Source: an uncultured virus (IMG/VR IMGVR_UViG_3300032316_001438)
Lineage: Duplodnaviria > Heunggongvirae > Uroviricota > Caudoviricetes
IMG/VR virus record: IMGVR_UViG_3300032316_001438
Strand: one strand, 5' to 3'
Length of the DNA stretch: 64,000 nt
Part shown: piece after piece, positions 39,748 through 49,868 of the stretch
Numbering within the stretch: position 1 is the first letter of the stretch
Layout: every line of letters begins with the position of its first letter
Position numbers and translations under genes: made by a program
Notes under the pieces: generated by a model
The model's input: only the letters and a program-made list of their open reading frames with translations
What the model was told of the DNA's origin: nothing
Database searches by the model: none

Positions 39748-39999
39748 CATAAATACGTGAAAACGTATTGCGCGGCTGTAAGTGTGGCCCTTGGCAAGTG
39801 TGCTGCCTGGGTCGGCCTAACTGTCGGGGTAGATATGCCGAAATCTGGTCAAATTATATGATTTGTTGCGAGAATTGAACTTGCCGGCCGGTTTGTAACT
39901 TGCTTGATAAAATTATGAAATGCTGTAATAAATTCATCAAAAAGGGTAAATATGCATCAAGAACGGAAACGTAAAAAGGGCTAGACAATTCTAACCGCC

Positions 40000-41196
40000 T
40001 TATTTTGCAATTATTTCTTCGTTGGTATCATCGTACCTGTAATTAACTATTTCACCCGATTTAATCAATTGAATTGCCTGTTCAATAATATTTAACGGTG
40101 CTATGAACCATTCGCGTGGGGAATACCTTCGGCCATCCCTTCCGGTGATGTCAATATTTAAACAGGCTGAACCAAAGAAGTTATGGATTAACAACTCAAA
40201 CTTTTGTGGGTTCATGTTGTAGCATTGGTAAGCCATTACAATTCTAACGTCTGCCATTAAGTAAGTAGGTTCTTGGATCGCATTTTTAATGCGGTCTTCT
40301 ACTGACGTTTTAGAAAAGCCGATCTTGTATAGGTTCTGGATTTCCCTAATTTCCTGCTTATCGCTTTTGGATTTGAGAATGTAGATGAAGCCTGCTTCCA
40401 CGTCTTCTTCATTCACATTATTGAACGATTCGATAAAACGATAGTTTACTTCGGCATCGTTTTTTGTCAGCACTTGTCCATTGACATATAAAACTTTTGC
40501 CAGCGACCTATAGAGCATGTTTGATTCCGTTCCGTTCTCGAATACGCACCTTGTACGTCCATCTTTGCGCACACGCGAACCATCAGGAAAATACTTTTCC
40601 TCTTTAGTAAAGTCTATTTTTTCCAGCAAGAGTAATACGCCATTGTGAACATAGAAATTACCTTCTACTAAATTGTCTTCCTTGAACTGAATGAGCTTGC
40701 GCTTGCCTGTTGAAATGTCTTTCTGAACATCTTTAAATAGCTGCTCGTATTTTGAAAAATCTCTACAGGGTTTTCTTCGCGCCACGAAATCTGCCTCGGC
40801 TCTTTCCTTGTCGGATAGGGTTACATTTTTGAGCTCGAATAGTCCTTCGGAATCATCACCGAGCAAACCTAATACATCATCATTCAAAATATCGTCCAAT
40901 GAATTGATTTGCTTTTTCTCATAATGCAGCAGTCCGTATTTGTCATGCAAGTTCAGGATTTCAACTTTGATTGCATTCTCTCTCAAGGATTTTAAGCGTG
41001 AATACAACTGGTGCTCTTGTAATCCACCGCCTTGTTCGGGTACCCGTTTATTCTTTTCGTAGAAATCGTTTATTTCCTGAAAGGAAGCCAAAAGCCTTTC
41101 ATCTTCATTCCGCGCGGGTGCAGTGGAAGGTTTGATATTCAACAACCCAAGAGGATCATTTTCAAATAACTCTTGTAGCCTTTTATCCTTATCCAT
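40000..41196 (-). CDS. GIY-YIG / T5orf172 domain nuclease (YeeC-like)
   Basis: GFIYIL...YKIGFS...VEDRI...E...H...REWF. Confidence 0.88.
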   Translation of the reverse strand: MDKDKRLQELFENDPLGLLNIKPSTAPARNEDERLLASFQEINDFYEKNKRVPEQGGGLQEHQLYSRLKSLRENAIKVEILNLHDKYGLLHYEKKQINSLDDILNDDVLGLLGDDSEGLFELKNVTLSDKERAEADFVARRKPCRDFSKYEQLFKDVQKDISTGKRKLIQFKEDNLVEGNFYVHNGVLLLLEKIDFTKEEKYFPDGSRVRKDGRTRCVFENGTESNMLYRSLAKVLYVNGQVLTKNDAEVNYRFIESFNNVNEEDVEAGFIYILKSKSDKQEIREIQNLYKIGFSKTSVEDRIKNAIQEPTYLMADVRIVMAYQCYNMNPQKFELLIHNFFGSACLNIDITGRDGRRYSPREWFIAPLNIIEQAIQLIKSGEIVNYRYDDTNEEIIAK

Positions 41197-43117
41197 TTTG
41201 CTGCTTGCGCTTTTGTTCTTTCAAAAAGATAATTGCTTCGGCCATTCTTCTTTCTAATGGATCGGTAGATTGAAGGCTTGGCTCCTTCTTGAAGGTCTTT
41301 GCAAAGTCGTTGATCTTAGGCCATAGCAGCAACGCTTCTTCCAAGGTCATTTGAATGCGTGTTGCTTCAATTACGTCTTGGATTACTTTCAGCACTTTTG
41401 TTGTTACTGACTTGGATAAAATCTCGAATGCTTTTTGGAAGGGGTTAATGCGGTCTATCAAATCAATATGCAAATCGTCAATATTTACAAACTGTCCTGC
41501 CATTCTTATAAATCGTTTGTCGCCTACTTCTTTTATTTCTCCGTTCTTGACTACAGAATCGACTACCACATACTGGCGAACTTCTTCTACTTCTTCCGGT
41601 GATAACTCAGGATATTTTACTTGGATAATTTTTGGGATTATTGCCTTGTTGATTACCTCCGGGTCTACATTGCCAGGCATGACCTTTAGCATGGTATCGT
41701 CTTGCAGAATTGTTGCCTTTAAATCGTTCAGATCGGACTCGATAATATCCTTTACCCGTTTTGATGTTGGTGTTTTAAACCCACGGATTTTTATCTCGCC
41801 CGGTTTGGCTTTGTCCTCATCGGATAATTTCGTTTTGAATTTGAAGTTTGGCGCAAGCACTTGTTCCATCAACAGCGATGCGGTGATGGCTTTAAGCATG
41901 TTGTTTACAGATAGCTTTACCAGATCATCGGCAGCATCGGGCTGGGCGATTAAGTTGGTAAACTGTGCGTGTGTTTTATTGTTGCTGTCGCGGGTGCAAC
42001 GGCCTATGATTTGAATGATCTCCGTTAACGACCCTCTGTAGCCAACCGTTAAGGCGTGTTCGCAATACGGCCAGTCAAAACCTTCTTTTGCCATGCCAAG
42101 CGCAATGATCAAATCCATGTCGTCAACCGACTTGATTGTGCGAAGGTAGTTTTGAATTTTATCTCTATCCTTTTGATTGTCGTTTACCAGATCAGCTACT
42201 TTTAATATTTTGCCATCGGTGTGCCTCCTTATATAGATAGCTCCAGTTTCGCTATCCACTTTTTCAACATCGCCAATCGCATCTAAGATCGTATCTACTT
42301 CCTGATGCTTGTCTTTGGTGGATTCGCCTGAATTTACATTGGGTATGTGCAAGATTGTTTTCTTGTCTGTATCTAAGATTTCAAGAATGGCTGTAGTGTA
42401 ACGGCCTTGGTAAAAATGGTAGCCAATGCCTAATGATTTAAGATAGGTGTAACCGTTTAGCTGTTCGTAATAGTTGTAGGTGACTTTGGTGAACTTAGCT
42501 TCGTCTTCGGGTTTTAACACAGGAACACTATCGCCACGGAAATATGAACCCGTCATAGCCACCACATGGGCGTTTGACTTTTGCATGATTGACCGTAGCA
42601 ATTCGCCCAAGCGACTATCGCCATCGGCAGATACGTGGTGGAATTCATCAATGGCTAAAAGTATGTTGTCGAATTTGGTTTCATCTAATTCTTCAAAGGC
42701 AAAACGAAGTGTGGCGTGGGTACAGATCAAAATCTTTTCGGTGTTCTCTAAAAAGTTCTTGAAGGCTTGCACTTTACTTTTGCTACCGTCCATGCCGGGA
42801 GTGCAAAGATTGTATTCATCGTTAGGCTCCCAGTTGGAAAAGAAGCCAAAGTCTTTGAGATTGGTTTTGCCGAATGAACCACCAATGGATTTTTCGGGAA
42901 CGGCTACAATAACTTTCTTTAATCCCTGATGGATTAATTTATCGAGCGCAATAAACATTAGGGCGCGTGACTTACCGGAAGCGGGAGGGGCTTTCAATAG
43001 AAGGTATTGTGCATCGCGAGCCTGATAGGCTTTCTCCTGCATTTCGCGCATGCCATAAGTATTGATCTTCGAGCTTTGCCCTGTTTGGGCGTAAGTAACA
43101 TGTACTATATCGGGCAT
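41189..43117 (-). CDS. DEAD/DEAH helicase (YeeB-like)
   Basis: APPASGKS, DEFHH, MTGS, EGFDW and QIIGR motifs. Confidence 0.9.
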   Translation of the reverse strand: MPDIVHVTYAQTGQSSKINTYGMREMQEKAYQARDAQYLLLKAPPASGKSRALMFIALDKLIHQGLKKVIVAVPEKSIGGSFGKTNLKDFGFFSNWEPNDEYNLCTPGMDGSKSKVQAFKNFLENTEKILICTHATLRFAFEELDETKFDNILLAIDEFHHVSADGDSRLGELLRSIMQKSNAHVVAMTGSYFRGDSVPVLKPEDEAKFTKVTYNYYEQLNGYTYLKSLGIGYHFYQGRYTTAILEILDTDKKTILHIPNVNSGESTKDKHQEVDTILDAIGDVEKVDSETGAIYIRRHTDGKILKVADLVNDNQKDRDKIQNYLRTIKSVDDMDLIIALGMAKEGFDWPYCEHALTVGYRGSLTEIIQIIGRCTRDSNNKTHAQFTNLIAQPDAADDLVKLSVNNMLKAITASLLMEQVLAPNFKFKTKLSDEDKAKPGEIKIRGFKTPTSKRVKDIIESDLNDLKATILQDDTMLKVMPGNVDPEVINKAIIPKIIQVKYPELSPEEVEEVRQYVVVDSVVKNGEIKEVGDKRFIRMAGQFVNIDDLHIDLIDRINPFQKAFEILSKSVTTKVLKVIQDVIEATRIQMTLEEALLLWPKINDFAKTFKKEPSLQSTDPLERRMAEAIIFLKEQKRKQQNG

Positions 43118-43119
43118 GG

Positions 43120-45807
43120 CTATTTCTTTTTCTTTTTCGGTTTTTTCTCTACTTCAAACAAAGTGCCTTTAGTTTTTTCTTCCTCGATCATTTGTTCGTA
43201 GAGTTTAAACAAATATTCTAACCGTTCTTCATCTGTTTCAAATGGCTTGCTTCTGTAGCAACGTTCTACAGCAAGATCATTTTGAAGGTGTGCTTCCTTT
43301 AATCCCTGTGGCATTCTATTAGGATCATAAAGTTGAGCAAATGTTTTTTCTGAATGATTCTCTCGTTCTTCTAAAATACGAAAGACGTATTTTTCCAGTT
43401 CCTTTTTTTGTAATACTGGTATGTCGGGAAACGGAAATGTATTATAGACAATTGATGAAGAATAACTCATTCGTGTTTCAAGCTTTCCTCCTACAGCCTT
43501 AAGCCATGTGATGTGCATTTTAGATGACAGAACAGAAAAGATATACTGTTCTGGATTATAGATTGGGAATGCTTTGTCCATTACCACTACATTCTTAGTG
43601 TAGAATCCAATAGGCAAGTAATTTCTATTTTCTGATGAAACTTTGGGTATTACTACAAGATTACCTTCTATATATCTTGGTTCGCCAAAACGATGTGGGT
43701 ACATGGCTGCATCAATAGTAGCTTGGCGTTTACTTTTTAACCTAAACTCCTTTACATCCTTTAATAAATTTTTTATTAAAGGCAAATCCTTTATTTCCTT
43801 TAATTCAGAATCTTCAATCCATAGGCAAAATCGTTCAATACCTTTTATAAGTTCTTGGGACCCCATTACCTTTTTAAAGTATTTTTCAAGTTTTGAGTTA
43901 GCTTTTACTATTTCATTCTTTTCAACATCAGAAAATAGTAAAAAACCACCATCTAATGCAGAACTTCCATAGCCAATTTTAGGAAGATTTGAAATAGTTG
44001 AAGTTCGATTTTGAATGTAAACTGTATTTGCATTAGTTAGATACGGATTGATGTTTTGGCAAGTTTGTTTAATGCTACCAGTAAATAAGTATTTGAGTTT
44101 ATGAATTTTATTTCTAACTCCAATTATTACTACGGTTACACCTGCATTTAATTTCGCATTATTTGACCATTTGAATGATGTATGGGCAAAGCCTATTTCT
44201 AGTTTATTATTTAAGACTGTTGGCCACAATAATGCAACTTGTTCACCTTGACAAATAGAATTTGTTGAAACAAACGCAAATTGAGCATTGCTATTTTCAA
44301 TGTACTTTGATCCTTTGAAAATCCAACAACTTATGAAGTCGAGGCTTTTAAACTGGTCAAAATCTTTAAAAACAAAAGCCATGTCCAGTTTTTGTTCTTC
44401 TTTTTGAACGCTGTAACCCAAATAAGGTGGATTCCCCAAAATATAAATCTCATCACCTTCTTTCTTCGGGCAAACTTTCTCCCAATCCAGTCTTGTTGCA
44501 TTGCCGTGTACAATATTACCTGTTTCTTGTAATGGCAAGGCTGGTTTTGTTCTTCCAAATTCTTTGAAGAACTCCTGGTTCATTTGGTGCTCTGCCAACC
44601 AAAGTGAGAGTGTTGCTACTTCATGGGCAAAGTCATCTATTTCAATACCGTAAAAGTTGCCGAGGTTGATGTTTGAAAACGCAAGGCTGTTCAATGCCTT
44701 AAAAATTTTCATTTCAAGCTTTCTTAATTCCTTGTAGGCTATAATCAAAAAGTTGCCACTACCGCAAGCGGGGTCAAAAAGCTTTATGTTCCAAATGCGT
44801 TGTAGCAATGCATTCAATTTTCTAGCATTGCCTTTGGCTGCTTCAAATTCTTCATAGAGGTTATTCAAAAACAGTGGCTCGATTACTTTCATAATGTTGG
44901 GCACACTGGTGTAGTGCAAGCCCAAGCCACCCCGCTGTTCTGGCGTAACAACCGCCTGAATCATAGAGCCGAAAATGTCGGGGTTTATCTTGCTCCAGTC
45001 TAATTCACCGCTATCAATAATTGCTTGTCGGCTGCGCCTGGTGAATACTGGTGCATGATGTTTGTGTCGGAACAATCCACCGTTTACATAAGGAAAGGCG
45101 TTGAGGTAAGAAGGGAGTTTTGAATGTGATTTAGGTGGGGTGTTCATCACCTCAAAGAGTTTATCAAGGAAGGTGTTCAGGTCACTACCATCTGTATTAG
45201 TAACTGAGCTGATGGCGTTGGTAAATTGATTCTCTTTTAAGATGCCCGTGTCTTCAGCGAAGAAGCAAAACAACAAGCGCGAAAGGAACACATTGAGGTT
45301 GTGAACTTGTTCGGGTGTTTTTGTTGGGTTGTCTTTCTTTATCTCGTCATACAGCTTAGCCATTTTCTCCGCTGCCTTTACATCGGCAGGGTTTTCGTTT
45401 TGGTGCTGAGCTTTCTCCATGCCTGCCCACGGCAAAAAGAAAACGAAATGATTGGCTATTTCGAGTATCGGTATATCGAGAGTCTCAGTTGTTTTGCGGT
45501 CTATTGCCACCATTGTTTCAAAGTCAGTGACAATAATAAAGCGCGGGTCGTGCTTTATGGCTTTGTCGCCTGCATTAATCCTATCAATTGCTTCATGTAA
45601 GTCTTCGCCCTTTACGGATTTGAAGAAGAGTTTCTTCTTCCAGATTATTTCTCCTGCTGTCTTTGAAAGGTTTAAGCCTCCGGCCTGCAACCGCTTAATG
45701 GATGCTTTGGGCTGACCATAGGCTAACAACAAATCGTAGATGAACGATTCGTGCTTGAAGGGCTTGGTTATTTTTTGGAGGTTGTTCTCTATTTGGGCGA
45801 TGTTCAT
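43120..45807 (-). CDS. MmeI-like N6-adenine DNA methyltransferase with target recognition domain (YeeA-like)
   Basis: FDPACGSGNF (motif I), GNPPY (motif IV), HYTS and YVNGGLF. Confidence 0.92.
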   Translation of the reverse strand: MNIAQIENNLQKITKPFKHESFIYDLLLAYGQPKASIKRLQAGGLNLSKTAGEIIWKKKLFFKSVKGEDLHEAIDRINAGDKAIKHDPRFIIVTDFETMVAIDRKTTETLDIPILEIANHFVFFLPWAGMEKAQHQNENPADVKAAEKMAKLYDEIKKDNPTKTPEQVHNLNVFLSRLLFCFFAEDTGILKENQFTNAISSVTNTDGSDLNTFLDKLFEVMNTPPKSHSKLPSYLNAFPYVNGGLFRHKHHAPVFTRRSRQAIIDSGELDWSKINPDIFGSMIQAVVTPEQRGGLGLHYTSVPNIMKVIEPLFLNNLYEEFEAAKGNARKLNALLQRIWNIKLFDPACGSGNFLIIAYKELRKLEMKIFKALNSLAFSNINLGNFYGIEIDDFAHEVATLSLWLAEHQMNQEFFKEFGRTKPALPLQETGNIVHGNATRLDWEKVCPKKEGDEIYILGNPPYLGYSVQKEEQKLDMAFVFKDFDQFKSLDFISCWIFKGSKYIENSNAQFAFVSTNSICQGEQVALLWPTVLNNKLEIGFAHTSFKWSNNAKLNAGVTVVIIGVRNKIHKLKYLFTGSIKQTCQNINPYLTNANTVYIQNRTSTISNLPKIGYGSSALDGGFLLFSDVEKNEIVKANSKLEKYFKKVMGSQELIKGIERFCLWIEDSELKEIKDLPLIKNLLKDVKEFRLKSKRQATIDAAMYPHRFGEPRYIEGNLVVIPKVSSENRNYLPIGFYTKNVVVMDKAFPIYNPEQYIFSVLSSKMHITWLKAVGGKLETRMSYSSSIVYNTFPFPDIPVLQKKELEKYVFRILEERENHSEKTFAQLYDPNRMPQGLKEAHLQNDLAVERCYRSKPFETDEERLEYLFKLYEQMIEEEKTKGTLFEVEKKPKKKKK

Positions 45808-46031
45808 TTGTATCAATCTCTGAAAAGCACTTTATCTTATTATTCTTGGGTGGGAAAAGGGTGTTGGGGCAATAGTAGCGAGTGCTGGATTTTCAACTGT
45901 TTCAATAATCATTAAGTATTGGTCAATATTTTTTAAAAGTTCATTTAGTGTTGAAGCTGCTCCCTTGTTGTCTGTAGAAAAATGGGATAGTTGCAATTGA
46001 TCGATAGTCATAAGTAAATAATAAAATCGAT

Positions 46032-46340
46032 TTATCGAGTAACCACCACTTTTAATGAATCAGGTAGGTTTTCCTGAGAAGCATTCAAATAATCAACTAA
46101 GCTATCTAACTCATCCGCCAGATCAAGTTCATTCTGGATAATTTTGGCGATCTCCACTTGCTTCTCACAGGGTAGTCCTTCCACACGCTTTGAGTAGCCA
46201 CGCTTGCGGAGCCAATCGAGTTGTTCATCACTAATGGCTGTGCAATCACTGATTTTTTTTGTAGGTGCTGAGCAGGAAAGGCAAGCAAAAGCAATTAAAA
46301 TGAAGATACTGTTTATGCCTAAACAAAAATAGCCTTTCAT
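46032..46340 (-). CDS. putative lipoprotein
   Basis: Signal peptide ending in LSC. Confidence 0.6.
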   Translation of the reverse strand: MKGYFCLGINSIFILIAFACLSCSAPTKKISDCTAISDEQLDWLRKRGYSKRVEGLPCEKQVEIAKIIQNELDLADELDSLVDYLNASQENLPDSLKVVVTR

Positions 46341-46405
46341 AGAAACAAATAATTTAACTTAAAAATAGATCACAAAAGCGGATAATACAATTAGCGAGCA
46401 TATCG

Positions 46406-46870
46406 CTACTTTTTGCAATTCTTCACAACGCCCCTCCGAATGTCACTCGCCAATGACTTTAGTATATTCATGTGCCAGTCTGACAAGGTGTCCTCCGACA
46501 TGTCCAAAGGCCATTCACGTTTCTGTATCTCGCAGACCACGCGCTTGCACAGATACATATACACCTTGAAATAGTCATCGGTAGGAGGGCCACACATGAC
46601 CATTCCGTAAAGATAAATCATGCACTCCAGCTCGCTGGCCTCAAGCTCGACTTGTGAGGTTAGCACCTGCAGGCGTGCGGCAGGGACAGCGTTGGCGTAC
46701 ATTGGAGGCAACCCGGTTGACCAACCACCTGGATGGTGGATCACCGGCCCGGTGAGGTATCGAAGCTGCTCGGCTGAAAAATTGACCAAACCTGAAGGAT
46801 GTTCGTTGCTTTTAAAGCAGACACCTGCTGAAGCGCTGAAGTCCAACACAAGCTGTTCGCTCATCATCAC
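46406..46870 (-). CDS. hypothetical protein
   Basis: GPVI.HPGGW...E...YLY motif. Confidence 0.7.
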   Translation of the reverse strand: MMMSEQLVLDFSASAGVCFKSNEHPSGLVNFSAEQLRYLTGPVIHHPGGWSTGLPPMYANAVPAARLQVLTSQVELEASELECMIYLYGMVMCGPPTDDYFKVYMYLCKRVVCEIQKREWPLDMSEDTLSDWHMNILKSLASDIRRGVVKNCKK

Positions 46871-46873
46871 ATA

Positions 46874-47266
46874 CTATTTTGAAGCCCAACAATGGGTAGC
46901 TATATCTTTGAGAACAGCATTGCGAACCTCGCTAACCAGCCGGAGTTTCCCAGACCATCGCGCATACACCTCAAGCTCAATACCATTAGGCCAACCAAAC
47001 ACCATAACTGAATATTCAATGTCCGAAGCCTTTTTATTAACCAAAATCAAATTACATTTTCGAGACATAGAGATTTCACCTATACCTTTTGGCACACGAA
47101 GTCCACACGCGCGAAGCGCAACGAAGAGACTGTCGTTCGCTTCAACTACCGTCTGTGATCCGAGCAGTACCGGCACTCGCCATATGTCCTCGCTACGAAG
47201 GTCTTGAGAATACGAACAATTGAATATCAATAATACGGTAATAAAAACCACGATCAGCTTTTTCAT
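46874..47266 (-). CDS. secreted hypothetical protein
   Basis: Signal peptide; upstream ACGTCCAAAA element. Confidence 0.6.
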   Translation of the reverse strand: MKKLIVVFITVLLIFNCSYSQDLRSEDIWRVPVLLGSQTVVEANDSLFVALRACGLRVPKGIGEISMSRKCNLILVNKKASDIEYSVMVFGWPNGIELEVYARWSGKLRLVSEVRNAVLKDIATHCWASK

Positions 47267-47341
47267 TTTTTATCTTTTTGGACGTTAACACAATATTCCA
47301 TCATTCAAACAAATTTTCCAATTCAGCCAACTATGCCATTA

Positions 47342-47563
47342 TCAGACAAACTTCAGCTTCATCCCTGCCGACTTGATAGCCTCTACTAAGGGAAGCGAGT
47401 TGTCACCAGTAACATAAATGGAGTTATCTACTAGTTGCACATCTGAAGAGCAATTGTCATACACCAAGTCAACAGCCAACGTTTTTGCTTTTGGCGTCAA
47501 TGGCTTTATCACAGAAAAATGAAAGCGGTTGAAAAGTTTGAAATCAAAATTATCTTTTGGCAT
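47342..47563 (-). CDS. hypothetical protein (start revised to MPKDNF)
   Basis: ATG 51 bp from motif at 47614. Confidence 0.6.
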   Translation of the reverse strand: MPKDNFDFKLFNRFHFSVIKPLTPKAKTLAVDLVYDNCSSDVQLVDNSIYVTGDNSLPLVEAIKSAGMKLKFV

Positions 47564-47650
47564 ATCAGATACGTTTGGTGATTGTGATCTAAAACAGGAG
47601 CCAGAACCAAAGCCCGACCGTCCGAAGCCAACACCTGAGTAAGCTGGCAA

Positions 47651-48751
47651 CTAGGCCGCGCGAACAATCTCGGGATCTTCCGCTTTGTACTTCAGTTGAG
47701 TCGTTTCACACTCATGCTGAGCGACATCATTGCGTTTGCCAAGATATACGGGCTGGAATACAGAGCCGGATTGCTTGTAGGCATACAGGTAACGGACTTC
47801 TACCACATCACCTACTTTGGGAACATCATGGTTTGCGGGTATGGTTACATTGCCAGCGCTCATAAAAGAACCATCTGTGTCAAATAGGCCGATGGCGACA
47901 CTGCGCTTGTCGTTGATAACATGAACAATGAAGGAGGCAGTTTCATAAAACTTGAATTTCAGATTATCACCACCTGATGCAGGCCGACCAATTTTGTAAG
48001 TGCCAGCCTTTAATTTGAAAACAATTCCTTCCGCATTGCGATCCTTTAACGAGACAAGGAGAGCTAATTTTTCCTCTCGTGTATAGGCCGTATAGACAGA
48101 TTTAATTTGCGAAATGCCATTGGCGATCATGCCGAAGTTATTTTCTAAAATTGCTAGGCGATCTACCGCAGAGCGAGTCATTAAGTCTACCCCGTTGAAA
48201 TGGAGAAGATCGAAAGCAAACAACGTGTCGGAGACCAGCTCTCCATCTAAAAGAAAATCGACTTTAGATGATTTTTCTAAGGCCCTAAACAAGGACGGAT
48301 AGCCAGCGGAAAAGCCTAGTTTATTAATGCTGTCTAGCTTGAATGAGCCAGCTTGTCCATCGAGGTTTAACATCCTGCGCTCACCATCCTTTTTCTCTTG
48401 TGCTAAATATCTGTCGTCATTAATGTAGCGTTCCACTTGAGACTCATCTATTGTGTTGAGAAGCTGACAGTAGATTCCAGATTTCTCTTTGGTCTGATGG
48501 ATCATTTCGGTTGACAAACCTTCTTCGCTAGGCAAATACCCCTCTGCTAATTGCTTTTTTACAATTCTATCGAAGAGCTTTTGAGCTGCCTCTTTACTTA
48601 TTGGTTCATTTGTCTTTGTCCCTGTTTTTAGACTAGTTCCTCTACGCCCGAAGGCAAAATTAACTACGAAGCCATTTGTAGCCCCCTCAATTGAAACGTG
48701 GTACTCCTTATCTGAGGTTCCTTTCCGATAGAATAGTTTGATGCTTTTCAT
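47651..48751 (-). CDS. WGR-domain ATP-dependent DNA ligase-like protein
   Basis: N-terminal SDKEY...FGRRG (WGR-like); QEKKDGER (KxDG), DGE, FDLL, EGIVFK, LKFK; C-terminal OB-like EVRY. Confidence 0.9.
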   Translation of the reverse strand: MKSIKLFYRKGTSDKEYHVSIEGATNGFVVNFAFGRRGTSLKTGTKTNEPISKEAAQKLFDRIVKKQLAEGYLPSEEGLSTEMIHQTKEKSGIYCQLLNTIDESQVERYINDDRYLAQEKKDGERRMLNLDGQAGSFKLDSINKLGFSAGYPSLFRALEKSSKVDFLLDGELVSDTLFAFDLLHFNGVDLMTRSAVDRLAILENNFGMIANGISQIKSVYTAYTREEKLALLVSLKDRNAEGIVFKLKAGTYKIGRPASGGDNLKFKFYETASFIVHVINDKRSVAIGLFDTDGSFMSAGNVTIPANHDVPKVGDVVEVRYLYAYKQSGSVFQPVYLGKRNDVAQHECETTQLKYKAEDPEIVRAA

Positions 48752-48835
48752 GTGCTATGGATTTAGTTTTTAAGCTGTTCTAGTAGATTGATTTCTCGCA
48801 TAATAATGGCGTTTGAAGTGATATCGATTTTAAGT

Positions 48836-49294
48836 TTATTGGTTATTATCCACTCCATACATGAGAGAGCTGTCATGGTCATCAAAAGACCTACCTTCTT
48901 TAAGGGACTCATTTTCAACCGTTAGCTCGATGGCCTTTCCATGTTTAGACTCAAGGTTTTTAAGTATCTCAGGCATCTTTGCTTCATGGCAGCTCGCGAG
49001 CAGGTCAGCAAGCGCAAGTAGATTATTAGTCTCAATATCATCGAAAGCAAAATCCCTGACTTTACTAGTTTCACCATCCATACCCTTAACACCTTCCGTA
49101 CTCACCGAAACAATACGATACTCCTCATAGAAACCGTGTTTAGAAACATCTGAAATAATAGGGAGAGAATATAACGCATCAAGATCATCTTCTTCGGCAT
49201 TAAAAAGTTCAAAGTGTTCATCCTTTACAATTTCAAGAATGATCGCAAGGGCCGTAAGTCTTAGAGTATTGAGTTGTTGCAAAAAAGTAGCCAT
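48836..49294 (-). CDS. acidic hypothetical protein (start revised to MATFLQQ)
   Basis: ATG 52 bp from motif at 49346. Confidence 0.65.
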   Translation of the reverse strand: MATFLQQLNTLRLTALAIILEIVKDEHFELFNAEEDDLDALYSLPIISDVSKHGFYEEYRIVSVSTEGVKGMDGETSKVRDFAFDDIETNNLLALADLLASCHEAKMPEILKNLESKHGKAIELTVENESLKEGRSFDDHDSSLMYGVDNNQ

Positions 49295-49382
49295 AGAGTT
49301 TCGATTAGTTTCTTGTGTAGTTAAAAAAATAGGCTGTGACAACACCCGACCGTACCCGCCTGGAAAAAAATAGTGAAGGAAG

Positions 49383-49868
49383 CTATGCTAACGGAAAGCC
49401 AATGCTATTTATCGCTTGATGGAAAGAGCCAAACCGCTTTTCTAATCTCTCAGCAAGAATCGAAGCAGCTTTTTCGTTAAACTCGATACCGAAACTTTCA
49501 CAAACCTTGCTATACTCAAACATATCTAGTAATGGCCTGATATAGCAATGGCCATTGACTAGTTCATCAGGCATCTTCTCATCCACTAGTTGCCGGAAAG
49601 TGAGTATTCCATCCCCATCTAAATAGATGCCATGAGGAATCAATTGAACCACCACATGATTTAGGATATCGCGATCTGAGCGCTTAATGGCGGCGGACCA
49701 TACTGCATCGAGTCGAACAATGCGTTCATTGTTTGCCCAGATTTTAATAGCTTCAGCAAGCGTCCAGCAGCCACCATCGTTCCAGCCGTAGCCGTCCAGC
49801 AAGGCAAGGTTCCTGCTAGAGAAAAGAAATCGCTTCCATTGTCTGTTGAATACTGCTACTGGGGTCAT
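49383..49868 (-). CDS. hypothetical protein, possibly Cys-His-Asp (papain/transglutaminase-like)
   Basis: GGCWTLA...HVVV...YLDGDG. Confidence 0.6.
   Translation of the reverse strand: MTPVAVFNRQWKRFLFSSRNLALLDGYGWNDGGCWTLAEAIKIWANNERIVRLDAVWSAAIKRSDRDILNHVVVQLIPHGIYLDGDGILTFRQLVDEKMPDELVNGHCYIRPLLDMFEYSKVCESFGIEFNEKAASILAERLEKRFGSFHQAINSIGFPLA

Noticed and set aside
41355..42929. Long plus-strand ORFs (219 and 149 aa)
   Set aside because: Antisense shadows of the helicase gene
46620..47207. 195-aa plus-strand ORF
   Set aside because: Antisense to two better-supported minus-strand genes
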